NCBI GenBank assembly: GCA_944391085.1
Contig: CALXSE010000002.1
Location: forward strand, 10,450-74,449
Reading direction: 5' to 3'
DNA from: an uncultured Kiritimatiellota bacterium
GTDB taxonomy: Bacteria > Verrucomicrobiota > Kiritimatiellia > RFP12 > DVOR01
DNA length: 64,000 nt
Below are positions 36,551 to 44,960 of this stretch, one piece after another (position 1 is the stretch's first letter; each line of letters starts with the position of its first letter). The notes under the pieces were generated by a model, which did no database searches, was not told where the DNA came from, and saw nothing but the letters and a program-made list of their open reading frames with translations. The translations under genes were made by a program, and so were the position numbers.

Positions 36551-37827
36551 CAGATGCCGACGCGCAGGGTTGATTCGCGGGCCGGGCCGATGGAGAGGAT
36601 GCCCAGCCGGCCGCCGGAAAGCTCGACAAGGCGCTCCACGTAGGCCTTGGCCTTGAGGGGAAGCTGCGCGATGTCGGTGATATGGCTGGTTTCCTCCAGC
36701 CATCCGGGCATCGTCTCATAAATCGGCTTGCAGCGGGCAAGCTGGGCAGCGGAGGCCGGCATGTCCTCGGTACGCCGACCGTCCAGCTCATACGCCACGC
36801 AAATCTTGATTTCCGGGAGCGTATCCATCACGTCGAGCTTGGTCAGCGCCCAGAAATCCACGCCGTTGACCATCTGCGCGTAGCGCGCGACGACGGCGTC
36901 GAACCACCCGCACCGGCGCGGACGCCCCGTGACGGCGCCGAATTCGTGGCCGCGTTCGGCGAGGGTCTTGCCGATCTCCCCGAAGTCTTCCGTCGGGAAG
37001 GGCCCTTCACCCACGCGCGTGGTGTAGGCCTTGATGACGCCGACCACGCGGTCAATCCGTCGCGGGCTGAGGCCTGAGCCGACGCAGGCGCCGCCGGAAG
37101 TGGGGTTCGACGAGGTAACGAAAGGATAGGTGCCGAAGTCGATGTCCAGCATCGTCCCCTGAGCGCCCTCAAGAAGGATGGATTTCCCGGCGCGGTCTGC
37201 GGCATGGATCAGGGGAATGGTGTCGACGATATACGGACGCAGACGCTCGGCCGCCTCGATGTACGTTTGGGCCATTTCCTCGGCGTCAAGCGGCGCAGCG
37301 TTGAGCGCGGCCAGCTTGCGGTTGGTCTCTTCCACCTGCTCGCGGACCAAATCGGGGAATTCCGGCAGGAGCATGTCGCCGCACCGCAGGCCGGAACGCG
37401 AGACCTTCGCGGCATAGGCCGGGCCGATCCCGCGGCCGGTGGTGCCGATTTTCTTGCCCACTGGGCGCGCGGCTTCGTCGGCCTTGTCCAACGCGCGGTG
37501 GTAAAGCATCACCATGTGGGCGCGGGTCGAGATATACAGGCGTCCCTTGCATTCGATGCCCGTCTTCCGGAGCATCTCGATCTCTTCGATGAGGTCAAGC
37601 GGATTCATCACCACGCCGTTGCCGATGACACAGATCTTCCCCTCGTGCAAGATGCCGGACGGCACCAGCCGCAGGACGCGCTTCTCGCCCTCCGCGATGA
37701 CCGTATGCCCGGCGTTCGACCCACCCTGATAGCGCACAATCATGTCCGCCTGGGCGGTGAGCACATCGATGATCTTGCCCTTGCCCTCGTCGCCCCATTG
37801 CGACCCAATCAACACGGTGTTCGGCAT
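36550..37827 (-). CDS. purA: Adenylosuccinate synthetase
   Basis: Starts at MPNTVLIGSQWGDEGKGKIID. Also has GTTGRGIGPAY and GAVTGRPRRCGW. Confidence 0.95.
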   Translation of the reverse strand: MPNTVLIGSQWGDEGKGKIIDVLTAQADMIVRYQGGSNAGHTVIAEGEKRVLRLVPSGILHEGKICVIGNGVVMNPLDLIEEIEMLRKTGIECKGRLYISTRAHMVMLYHRALDKADEAARPVGKKIGTTGRGIGPAYAAKVSRSGLRCGDMLLPEFPDLVREQVEETNRKLAALNAAPLDAEEMAQTYIEAAERLRPYIVDTIPLIHAADRAGKSILLEGAQGTMLDIDFGTYPFVTSSNPTSGGACVGSGLSPRRIDRVVGVIKAYTTRVGEGPFPTEDFGEIGKTLAERGHEFGAVTGRPRRCGWFDAVVARYAQMVNGVDFWALTKLDVMDTLPEIKICVAYELDGRRTEDMPASAAQLARCKPIYETMPGWLEETSHITDIAQLPLKAKAYVERLVELSGGRLGILSIGPARESTLRVGI

Positions 37828-37940
37828 CTTCTCGGTTCCTTGCGTTCCTGCGCCCTTCACTGGACGCAACGTGAAATAAGGATACCATATTCTCTTTTCC
37901 CCTGCAATTTCCCCTCCGCTGCCGGCGTCCGGGATGGCGT

Positions 37941-37970
37941 TTGACGCACGGGGGAGGGTTGCGGTACAAT
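37941..37970 (+). promoter_or_regulatory. Promoter TTGACG-18 nt-TACAAT
   Basis: Sigma-70-like hexamers lie 49 nt upstream of the ATG at 38019. Confidence 0.45.
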
Positions 37971-38018
37971 TGCGGCAAGACGGCGTGGAAGAGTTGCCGC
38001 CTGCAGAACGGAGCGATT

Positions 38019-38852
38019 ATGAAGAGCATCGTGAATCAGCTTTGCCAGCTCCAGGATTTGATCCTGGTGCGCGACGAGCACCGTGCGACTGGCGACGGCG
38101 CCCATCTTGCCCGACTGAACGAATCGATCGACACCATGATCGAGGCCCTCCCCTCGAACGTCAAGTCCTTTTTCCAGCGCCTGTACAACCGCGATCACGT
38201 GATGATGGCGCCCGTCCACAACGGCTGTTGCGCCGTGTGCGGGATGCGCCTGCCGATCAGCCAAATCCAGGCGGTGCGCCAATGCAAGACGCTCCAGATG
38301 TGCCCGGGGTGCGCACGGATCCTTTTCGAGGAGCTCGACGCGCCGCAGTGGGTGGGCGCCTCGCCCACGCGAACGGAGCCACGCAAAAGCGGCATCTCGC
38401 GCTTCTCCGCGGAGTCGCTCATGGTGCCGGATTTGGTGGCGGGATCGGCGGCGGACGCCATCGAGGTGCTCGCCGGGAAGATGGAGTCCGGCGGCTTCAT
38501 CTCGCACGCCGACAAGCTCATCACCTCCGCGCTCGAGCGCGAGTCCATGCTCAGCACGGCGATGGAGCACGGCCTGGCCTTCCCGCACGTGCGTGGCGTG
38601 GAGGGCGGCTCCTTGACGTTGGCGTGCGGCGTGAGTAAGGAACCCTTCAAATGGGATGCCGCCGACACGCCTACGAGCATCGTCTTCCTTATCACCATCC
38701 CGGCCGCGGTGAGCGCGTTTTACATGCGCCTGATCGCGGGTCTTACGGAGGCCTTCCTCAAAGAGCCGAACCGCGAGGCCCTCATCGCCGCGGAGACGCC
38801 TAACGCGCTCTGGAAGGCCCTCACCAAAGCCACCCGATATACCATCAAGTAA
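38019..38852 (+). CDS. Fusion of a COG1579-type coiled-coil/zinc-ribbon domain with a PTS EIIA(Ntr)/PtsN-type domain
   Basis: N-terminal half: CAVCGMRLP...CPGCARILF (C4 ribbon). C-terminal half: AMEHGLAFPHVRGVEG and IVFLITIP (EIIA type-2 pattern, His in GLAFPH). Confidence 0.7.
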   Translation: MKSIVNQLCQLQDLILVRDEHRATGDGAHLARLNESIDTMIEALPSNVKSFFQRLYNRDHVMMAPVHNGCCAVCGMRLPISQIQAVRQCKTLQMCPGCARILFEELDAPQWVGASPTRTEPRKSGISRFSAESLMVPDLVAGSAADAIEVLAGKMESGGFISHADKLITSALERESMLSTAMEHGLAFPHVRGVEGGSLTLACGVSKEPFKWDAADTPTSIVFLITIPAAVSAFYMRLIAGLTEAFLKEPNREALIAAETPNALWKALTKATRYTIK

Positions 38853-38856
38853 AGAC

Positions 38857-39522
38857 ATGGACACCCTGCACGCCTCCATCAACCGGGAGTATGCGCTCCG
38901 CTTCCTTGGCGTGGCCGCCTTGCTGACGGCCTTTGCCGGCTGGTTCCTCTACGATGGCTTCGTCGGCTATCCCGGCAAGAACGCCGCCGTCGCGCCCATC
39001 GCCGAACGCTTGGCGCAACAAAACCTTGTCGCCGCGGATTGGGTGAATACCGCCAAAACGGGCGTCTCGCCGCTTGCGGAGGCCTTCCGCAAGGAGGGCC
39101 TGGAGCCCCCCGCAAAGCTTGCCGACACCTTCGGCTCCTGGGTCTCGGCCAACGACCCAAGGATGAATGACTTGGAGGCGACCCGCGCCGTCCTGCGCAC
39201 CCCGCCCTACTCCGCGGATGACATTCGCTCGCAGTTTATCAGCGCGGTCGTCGCCTTGTTGGCCGCCGTGGCCCTGGCGGCGCTCGTGGGCTATCGTTGG
39301 CAGACGCGCTACACGCTCGACGACGCGGCGCTGACGGTAACGCGCTTCGGGAAGTCGACGGCCTATCCGTTGTCCGAACTCAAGGCCGTCGATGCGACGC
39401 ATTGGGAAAAGCGCGGCATTCTCCGCCTGAATTTCCCCGCTGGCGCCGTCACGCTTGATGCCTGGCACCACGTGGGCGTCCGCCCCATGGCCGAGCGTCT
39501 CCTGCCCAAACAGGAAAAGTGA
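38857..39522 (+). CDS. Hypothetical membrane protein with C-terminal bacterial-PH-like region
   Basis: Two hydrophobic helices plus YTLDDAALTVTRFGKSTAYPLSELKAVD. No secure family call. Confidence 0.5.
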   Translation: MDTLHASINREYALRFLGVAALLTAFAGWFLYDGFVGYPGKNAAVAPIAERLAQQNLVAADWVNTAKTGVSPLAEAFRKEGLEPPAKLADTFGSWVSANDPRMNDLEATRAVLRTPPYSADDIRSQFISAVVALLAAVALAALVGYRWQTRYTLDDAALTVTRFGKSTAYPLSELKAVDATHWEKRGILRLNFPAGAVTLDAWHHVGVRPMAERLLPKQEK

Positions 39523-39531
39523 GGCAGACGG

Positions 39532-39571
39532 TGCGAAAAGGAGGCGCCCCGCGGGGCGCCTCCTTTTCGCA
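39532..39571. terminator. Perfect 40-bp palindrome acting as a bidirectional intrinsic terminator
   Basis: TGCGAAAAGGAGGCGCCCCG/CGGGGCGCCTCCTTTTCGCA. The GC-rich inner stem is followed by TTTT in both orientations. It lies between convergent genes. Confidence 0.6.
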
Positions 39572-39591
39572 CGCGCGTTTAAGGCGCACCG

Positions 39592-40143
39592 TCAGTGCGT
39601 TGCGCCCTCAATCAGTTTCTCGTTGAGGAAGAGCGAACGCAGGAAGGAATCCTCCGCCACCGCGCCCTCCTGGATCAAGAGGCAAAGGATGGTAACGGCA
39701 ATCGCCGCGAGCAGCACGCCGGCGGCATTGGCCACGTAGAATCGGCGACGCTCAAACCCCAACAGAAAGGCGCCCACCGCCCCCGTGAGCGCACCTGTCC
39801 CGGGAAGCGGGATCCCGATGAAAATGGCCAGGCCCCACTCGCCATAACGGTCGACGACGGGCTTGAGCTTTTGCTGGCGCTTTTCCACATGCGGCCAGAC
39901 CTTCGTGGCGAACCAGGCCCAATGGCGGCGGAAGAGCTCCAGGATGGGAAGCAGAATCTCAAAAACGACGATGCCTTGCAGAATGTTGGCGGCGACGCAG
40001 ATGAGCACCACCCACCACCAATCCATGGCGACGCCGAACCAGGCGTTCAACGCGAAAAAACCGATCGGGATGGACGCGCGCAACTCCAAAAGCGGCAGGA
40101 AAGAAAAGAAAACAAGGGTGGCAATCGCCAGGAAGAGGTTCAT
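39592..40143 (-). CDS. Small polytopic membrane protein (putative small multidrug-export / COG2426-like)
   Basis: Starts at MNLFLAIATLVFFSFLPLLELRASIPIGF. It has 4-5 TM helices. The upstream part of ORF 39592..40587 overlaps prmA in another frame and is shadow. Confidence 0.55.
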   Translation of the reverse strand: MNLFLAIATLVFFSFLPLLELRASIPIGFFALNAWFGVAMDWWWVVLICVAANILQGIVVFEILLPILELFRRHWAWFATKVWPHVEKRQQKLKPVVDRYGEWGLAIFIGIPLPGTGALTGAVGAFLLGFERRRFYVANAAGVLLAAIAVTILCLLIQEGAVAEDSFLRSLFLNEKLIEGATH

Positions 40144-40144
40144 G

Positions 40145-41026
40145 TCAGGCTCCGATGTCTGTGTTCGCAGGATTGTAAAAAAGGCCGGTTCGCCACTCGC
40201 CGATAAGAATCGAGCGCGCTTCGCGCAACCCCCGGGAGGCGAAGGCGTCACGGACGTCCGGGTAAAGCGTGTCAAGGATCCCCGAGGCGATGAGCGCTCC
40301 GCCGGGAAGCACCGCACACGCCACCTCCGCCGCGTGCTCAATGAGAACGGGCCCCAGGATATTCGCCAAGACAATTGCCCCCTGGTCGAGGTTGGAGGCC
40401 AAGTCCTTCGGCTCAAAGGGAATGTCAAGGCCGTTGGCCGCGGCGTTTTCCCGGGCCACGGAGACGGCGTCGGGGTCGTAGTCAAAGCCCCGCACATGCG
40501 TGAAACCGAGCTTCCGCGCGGCGATGGCGAGGATGCCGCTGCCGCACCCCATGTCGAGCACAGGCCGCGACAGATCGCCCGTCGCAAGCGCGTCGAGCAA
40601 CTGGAGGCAGGCGCGGGTCGTGGGATGCTTGCCCGTGCCGAAGCTCATCCCGGGGTCAAGCGTCAGCACGGCTTCCCCGGGGGCGGCGGCATAAGTCTCC
40701 CATGAGGGGCGGATGACGATGCGCGGCGAGACGCGCTCGACATGAAAGAAGCGCTTCCAGGCCTCCGACCAATCCGCCGCCGGCAACGTCTCCGTCGTAG
40801 GGGCCAGCTCAAAGCCCGCGAGGGTCGCCGCCGCACGGATGGCCGCCGCGACACCCGGCGCCGAGGAGGCGTCCTCCAAGAAAACGTCCAGCCGCACGGC
40901 CCGTGTCTCCACGTCTTCCCACACCGTTGGCGTGAAGGCATCCGCGTCAAGCAACTCCAACAACGTATCCGCCGCTTCCGCGGAGGGCAACGCTGCCGAG
41001 ACCACCGTAACATCCTTTGCCTGCAT
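40145..41026 (-). CDS. prmA: Ribosomal protein L11 methyltransferase
   Basis: Contains FGTGKHPTTRACL and the SAM motif VLDMGCGSGILAIAA. Confidence 0.9.
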   Translation of the reverse strand: MQAKDVTVVSAALPSAEAADTLLELLDADAFTPTVWEDVETRAVRLDVFLEDASSAPGVAAAIRAAATLAGFELAPTTETLPAADWSEAWKRFFHVERVSPRIVIRPSWETYAAAPGEAVLTLDPGMSFGTGKHPTTRACLQLLDALATGDLSRPVLDMGCGSGILAIAARKLGFTHVRGFDYDPDAVSVARENAAANGLDIPFEPKDLASNLDQGAIVLANILGPVLIEHAAEVACAVLPGGALIASGILDTLYPDVRDAFASRGLREARSILIGEWRTGLFYNPANTDIGA

Positions 41027-41073
41027 AGGCTCCCTAGTGTATCACAATCCCGTGGCCATCGTCCGGCGCCGAC

Positions 41074-41751
41074 TTATACGCCAAAGGCGGCGCGCTCTGC
41101 GGGGGTTAACAGCGGGAGGACGGCGCCGACGCCAAGGCGGGCGCATCCCTGGGCAAGATAAGCCTCCGCGTCCTCGCGGGTTCGGATGCCGCCGGAGGCT
41201 TTGACACGGATGCGGCCCTGCGCGGCGTCGAGCAGGGTTTGCGCGGCCTCATGGGTGGCGCCGCCCTGCGGGGCGAACCCGGTGGAGGTCTTGACGAAGG
41301 CGGCCCCGGCCTCGAGGGCGCAGGAGACGCCCAGGCGCATCTCGGCCTCGGAAAGGAGCGCGGTCTCGAGGATGACCTTGACGGGATAGGGCCGGACGGC
41401 GTCGACAACGGCACGGACATCCCGCGTCACGGCCTCACGATCCCCACCTTTGAGCGCGGCGACGTTGACGACCATGTCGATTTCCTCCGCGCCCTCGGCG
41501 ACGGCGAGCTGTGCCTCCAGGGCCTTGATGGTGGGATGGACGTTGCCGTGTGGGAAGCCGACGACGGCGGCCACGGCGGTGGCGGAGCCCGCCAGCAATT
41601 GGGCGGCGAGCGGGACATCGACGCTCTTCACGCACAGGCATCCCACCCCGACCGCCCGGCAAAGGGATGCGGCCTGGGCAAGGGCATCGTGGCCAAGTTC
41701 GGGCTTGAGGATGGCGTAGTCGAGCGTCTTCAGGAAGTTCTCGGTTTTCAT
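41074..41751 (-). CDS. deoC: Deoxyribose-phosphate aldolase
   Basis: LDYAILKPE, FVKTSTGF (Schiff-base Lys) and VKASGGIRT. Confidence 0.9.
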   Translation of the reverse strand: MKTENFLKTLDYAILKPELGHDALAQAASLCRAVGVGCLCVKSVDVPLAAQLLAGSATAVAAVVGFPHGNVHPTIKALEAQLAVAEGAEEIDMVVNVAALKGGDREAVTRDVRAVVDAVRPYPVKVILETALLSEAEMRLGVSCALEAGAAFVKTSTGFAPQGGATHEAAQTLLDAAQGRIRVKASGGIRTREDAEAYLAQGCARLGVGAVLPLLTPAERAAFGV

Positions 41752-41757
41752 GATGGC

Positions 41758-42627
41758 TCAGGCAAGGGCGGGTTGGAGGCGAAGCGTAAGAATATGCGCC
41801 TCGCCTGGATTGAGCGTGATCTGCCCGCCGACGTGATGCGGGTTCGCGGGCTCCACGCAGACAAAGCGGCGGGGGCCTTCGAGCGGGACGTCGTCAAGGC
41901 CGCAGTCGAGCGCGGGATGCCAGACGACGACGGCCGCGGCGTCATCCGCGGAGAGGGCCAGGTCGCGCCCCATCACGGGGTCACGCAGAAGCGCGACGAC
42001 GTCCGGCTGCGGGTAAACGACGTCGTGCGCGTCGTCGTCGCTGAAGGTGATCGGCGTGCCCCCAACGCCCACGAGGCGAGCCCGGCGGGCGTCCCCAACA
42101 CGCAGATAGGCATGGAGCGCCTCGCCATAGGTGAAGGGGCGGTCGTCCAGGTTGCGCGTCTGAAGGTCAAGGGTAAGCGTCTCCTCGAGCGTGACGGTGA
42201 GGGTCAGCTGGTAACGGAAGGGCCAGGCGGGGCTGGTGGCGTCGGCCTCGGTGAGGAGGAGCGTGAGGGCGGTACGCTGGGCGTCGACCTCAACCCCCAG
42301 GACACGCCAAAGGGCCCGGCGGGCGAATCCATGGGACTGCGTGCCGGCGGGCATCCCCTCGGGCGCTTTCCCGAACCAGGGCCAGCAAACCGGGATTCCG
42401 CCGCGGATGGCTGCGCCGGGGGAGAAGTCCGCCAAGGGACTCAGCCACAGGGCGTCCTGAAAACCGGGTGCGCGGTAACTGAGGACCTGGCCCCCATGGA
42501 GCGACACCTCGCATGCGCCGCGCGGCCCGACAAGCACGGCCAAAGGCGCACCGCCGGGATCCTCCCGGAACGCCACGCGGCCGGGGTGGGAGAAACGGCG
42601 GTTAAGGGCAAGGATAGGGTCTTCCAT
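41758..42627 (-). CDS. D-hexose-6-phosphate mutarotase (aldose 1-epimerase family, YeaD-like)
   Basis: Starts at MEDPILALN. Also has IRGGIPVCWPWFG and GFARRALW. Confidence 0.8.
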   Translation of the reverse strand: MEDPILALNRRFSHPGRVAFREDPGGAPLAVLVGPRGACEVSLHGGQVLSYRAPGFQDALWLSPLADFSPGAAIRGGIPVCWPWFGKAPEGMPAGTQSHGFARRALWRVLGVEVDAQRTALTLLLTEADATSPAWPFRYQLTLTVTLEETLTLDLQTRNLDDRPFTYGEALHAYLRVGDARRARLVGVGGTPITFSDDDAHDVVYPQPDVVALLRDPVMGRDLALSADDAAAVVVWHPALDCGLDDVPLEGPRRFVCVEPANPHHVGGQITLNPGEAHILTLRLQPALA

Positions 42628-42628
42628 G

Positions 42629-42880
42629 TCAGTATAACTTCTCGAACGCGCCTTTGTCGACACGCTTCAGTTTGTGGAAACCGGCGGCCTTGGCGCGGTC
42701 GTCGAGCTTGGACTTGCTGCGGCCGAGCGCGGGCGCGGCGATGAGTTTGACGATCGGCGCGCCGCAGTCCGGGCAGACGGCGAGGGGCGGGTCGCCCAAA
42801 CGGCGCATGACCTCGAAAGGCTCGCGGCAGCGCGTGCACCCCCGTGCGGGGTCTTTGGCTTGATACTCGTAGGTTGGCAT
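42629..42880 (-). CDS. FmdB-family zinc-ribbon putative regulatory protein
   Basis: MPTYEYQAKDPARGCTRCREPFEV...CPDCGAPIVKLI is the classic FmdB CxxC...CxxC N-terminus. Confidence 0.8.
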   Translation of the reverse strand: MPTYEYQAKDPARGCTRCREPFEVMRRLGDPPLAVCPDCGAPIVKLIAAPALGRSKSKLDDRAKAAGFHKLKRVDKGAFEKLY

Positions 42881-43572
42881 CAGGGTGCCTCGTTGGGAAG
42901 TTCTTGGAGCGCCTGCGCGACGGCCTTGGCGATGGGTTCGACGAAGAGGCGCGGGCTCGTCGGGCGCGTCTGCGGGTTCGCCTCGTCCAGACGCGACTCG
43001 ACGGGGAAGGAAAGGTCTACCGGGCGAGAAAGCAGGATGTCGCCGGTGGCAGAATCCGTCACGATGACCAGCAGGTTGACCGAGACGCTCCCCGGGACGG
43101 GCAACGGCAGGGCGATGACAGGCGCCGCTGGGCGCGCCGTCTCGGCATAAGCCAAGACGCGCACGGCGACGGCGCGTTCGGGAAGCGGGGAATTGGTCGT
43201 TGCCCGGCGCTGACCATCGCCCAACGGGCCGCGCAGGATCGCTTCCAGGCCGGCCTCCCGCAACGCGGGGAGCAACGCCCCGCGCAAAAGCGCGCAGTTG
43301 TTCTCCACGTTCACGCCGGCGATCGTCTCCGGCCCGATGGCCAACAGCGAAAGATCCACGGGCTGGCTTGTCACCACACCCGACCAGGCGACCGATGGTT
43401 GGAGTCCGGGAATCAGGCTTCCGGCGGTTGGGGCCAACGACTCCGCGCGAAGGGCGCAGACCTCCGCGGCGGCCTTCGCCTCCCAAAGCACCGGGCCGAT
43501 CGCGTAACGCGGCGCGCCGAAAACCACGGCGGCGGCACAGCAAAGCAGGGTGGGAAGAAAGAGGCGTTTCAT
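42880..43572 (-). CDS. Hypothetical secreted or lipoprotein
   Basis: This is the last 230 codons of ORF 42880..44745(-). Begins MKRLFLPTLLCCAAAVVFG (signal peptide, possible lipobox). The rest of that ORF is antisense to NUDIX-birA. Confidence 0.55.
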   Translation of the reverse strand: MKRLFLPTLLCCAAAVVFGAPRYAIGPVLWEAKAAAEVCALRAESLAPTAGSLIPGLQPSVAWSGVVTSQPVDLSLLAIGPETIAGVNVENNCALLRGALLPALREAGLEAILRGPLGDGQRRATTNSPLPERAVAVRVLAYAETARPAAPVIALPLPVPGSVSVNLLVIVTDSATGDILLSRPVDLSFPVESRLDEANPQTRPTSPRLFVEPIAKAVAQALQELPNEAP

Positions 43573-43578
43573 GGCGAT

Positions 43579-43587
43579 AGTATAACA
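43579..43587 (-). promoter_or_regulatory. Extended -10 promoter TGTTATACT (minus strand), leaderless configuration
   Basis: Ends 6 nt before the ATG at 43572. Confidence 0.4.
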
Positions 43588-43599
43588 TACTCCGGATTG

Positions 43600-43608
43600 T
43601 GCTAGAAT
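43600..43608 (+). promoter_or_regulatory. Extended -10 promoter TGCTAGAAT
   Basis: Ends 9 nt before the ATG at 43618. Together with the minus-strand element it forms a 45-bp divergent promoter region. Confidence 0.45.
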
Positions 43609-43617
43609 GAATCGATT

Positions 43618-44754
43618 ATGGAACTGACAGTTGCGGCGGCGATGATTGTGGACGTTCGGGGCGCGGTGCTTTGCGTGCGGCGCGGCGCCAAAGGCTTTCC
43701 CTCCACGGCGGAGAAATGGGAATTCCCGGGCGGCAAGCTCGAACCCGGCGAGACGGCTTCCCAGGCGGCGGTGCGCGAGGTGCGTGAGGAACTGGGCCTT
43801 GACGTCGAGGCCTTGGCCGAAACGCCGCCCGTCCGCCACGTTTACCCTGAGTTTTCCATCACCCTCCACGGCGTGCTCTGCGCGCCCCTCGGCGGCGGCT
43901 CCCCCACCCCGACGCTCCGCGAGCACACGGATTTCGCCTGGACGCTCCCAGACCAACTGTGGCGGCATGATTTCGCGGCGGCGGACACCGCCCTGCTCAT
44001 CCAACTGCGCGAGCGCTTCTTCGGCAGTCGCCTGCGCACCCAAACCTTTGGGCGCGCCGCCCGCTTCCTGCCGGAAAGCGCCAGCACCAACACAGACGCC
44101 CTGGCTTGGGCCGAGGCCGGCGCGCCGGAGGGCGCCCTGGTCGTGGCCGAACGCCAAACGGCGGGACGGGGGCGACTGGGCCGCACGTGGGAAACCGCGC
44201 CCGGGCAGTGCCTGACCTTTTCGCTGTTGGCGCGCCCCAAAGCCCCGCCCGAGGTGGCCGCGACCCTGCCTTTGGTGGCCGGCTTGGCCGTGGCGGAGGC
44301 GCTCCGCGCCCGCGGCTTCGAGGCAGGGCTCAAGTGGCCCAACGACGTCCTTATCGGCGAACGCAAAGTCTGCGGCATCCTCTGCGAGGCGCAGACCTCC
44401 GCGCGGGGCATCGAGGGTATCGTCGTGGGCATTGGCGTGAACACCGGCACGGTGCCGGGGGCGTTGGCCCACCGCGCCGTCGGCCTCGGCGGCGTTGATC
44501 GCCTGTGCCTGCTGGCCGAGATTTGCGCCGCCTTTGAGGCCCTCTACGCCCGCTGGGCCACAGGTGGGCTGCGCGCCCTCCGCGCCGAGCTCGACGCGCT
44601 GGACTGCAAGCGCGGCAAAACCATCCGCGTCCGTCCCGCCGCCGGCGAGATCGCGGGGCTTGCCCTTGGCATCCGTGACGACGGCGCGCTCCTCCTCCAA
44701 CACGGCGACGGGATCGAGCCAATCCTTTGCGGCGAAATCGCCCAATGGGACTGA
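43618..44754 (+). CDS. birA: NUDIX hydrolase (MutT-like) fused to biotin--protein ligase
   Basis: Residues 1-130 carry the Nudix box GGKLEPGETASQAAVREVREELGL. The remainder has the BirA catalytic motif AERQTAGRGRLGRTWE, KWPNDVL and a C-terminal SH3-like tail. There is no N-terminal HTH. Confidence 0.85.
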   Translation: MELTVAAAMIVDVRGAVLCVRRGAKGFPSTAEKWEFPGGKLEPGETASQAAVREVREELGLDVEALAETPPVRHVYPEFSITLHGVLCAPLGGGSPTPTLREHTDFAWTLPDQLWRHDFAAADTALLIQLRERFFGSRLRTQTFGRAARFLPESASTNTDALAWAEAGAPEGALVVAERQTAGRGRLGRTWETAPGQCLTFSLLARPKAPPEVAATLPLVAGLAVAEALRARGFEAGLKWPNDVLIGERKVCGILCEAQTSARGIEGIVVGIGVNTGTVPGALAHRAVGLGGVDRLCLLAEICAAFEALYARWATGGLRALRAELDALDCKRGKTIRVRPAAGEIAGLALGIRDDGALLLQHGDGIEPILCGEIAQWD

Positions 44755-44960
44755 ACCCGCCCTTGCTTTCCCATCGCCCTCATCTTCCCACCGGGACTAT
44801 TTGCGAGCCCTGCCCGGCCCTCCTTCGCCGCACGCCTGGTCGACGGTCGCCGACCACAGGGTGGCGCTTTGGCGAGCAGTGGGGACAAGACGGTTCGCGA
44901 CGTAGTGTGCCAATCCGTGCCACGCGTCCCGGCCGGTACCCTTTTGCTAAACTATGTGCC

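Noticed and set aside
42874-42890. TGGCAT-N5-TGCC resembling a sigma-54 -24/-12 promoter
   Set aside because: The GC of the -12 element is displaced by one position from the TGGCAC-N5-TTGC consensus. The site lies on the plus strand inside the start/stop junction of two minus-strand genes, with no downstream plus-strand gene.
43573-44745. Upstream 390 codons of the 621-aa minus-strand ORF 42880..44745
   Set aside because: Only the last 230 codons (from MKRLFLPTLLCC, with its own -10 element) look like a gene. The rest is antisense to NUDIX-birA.
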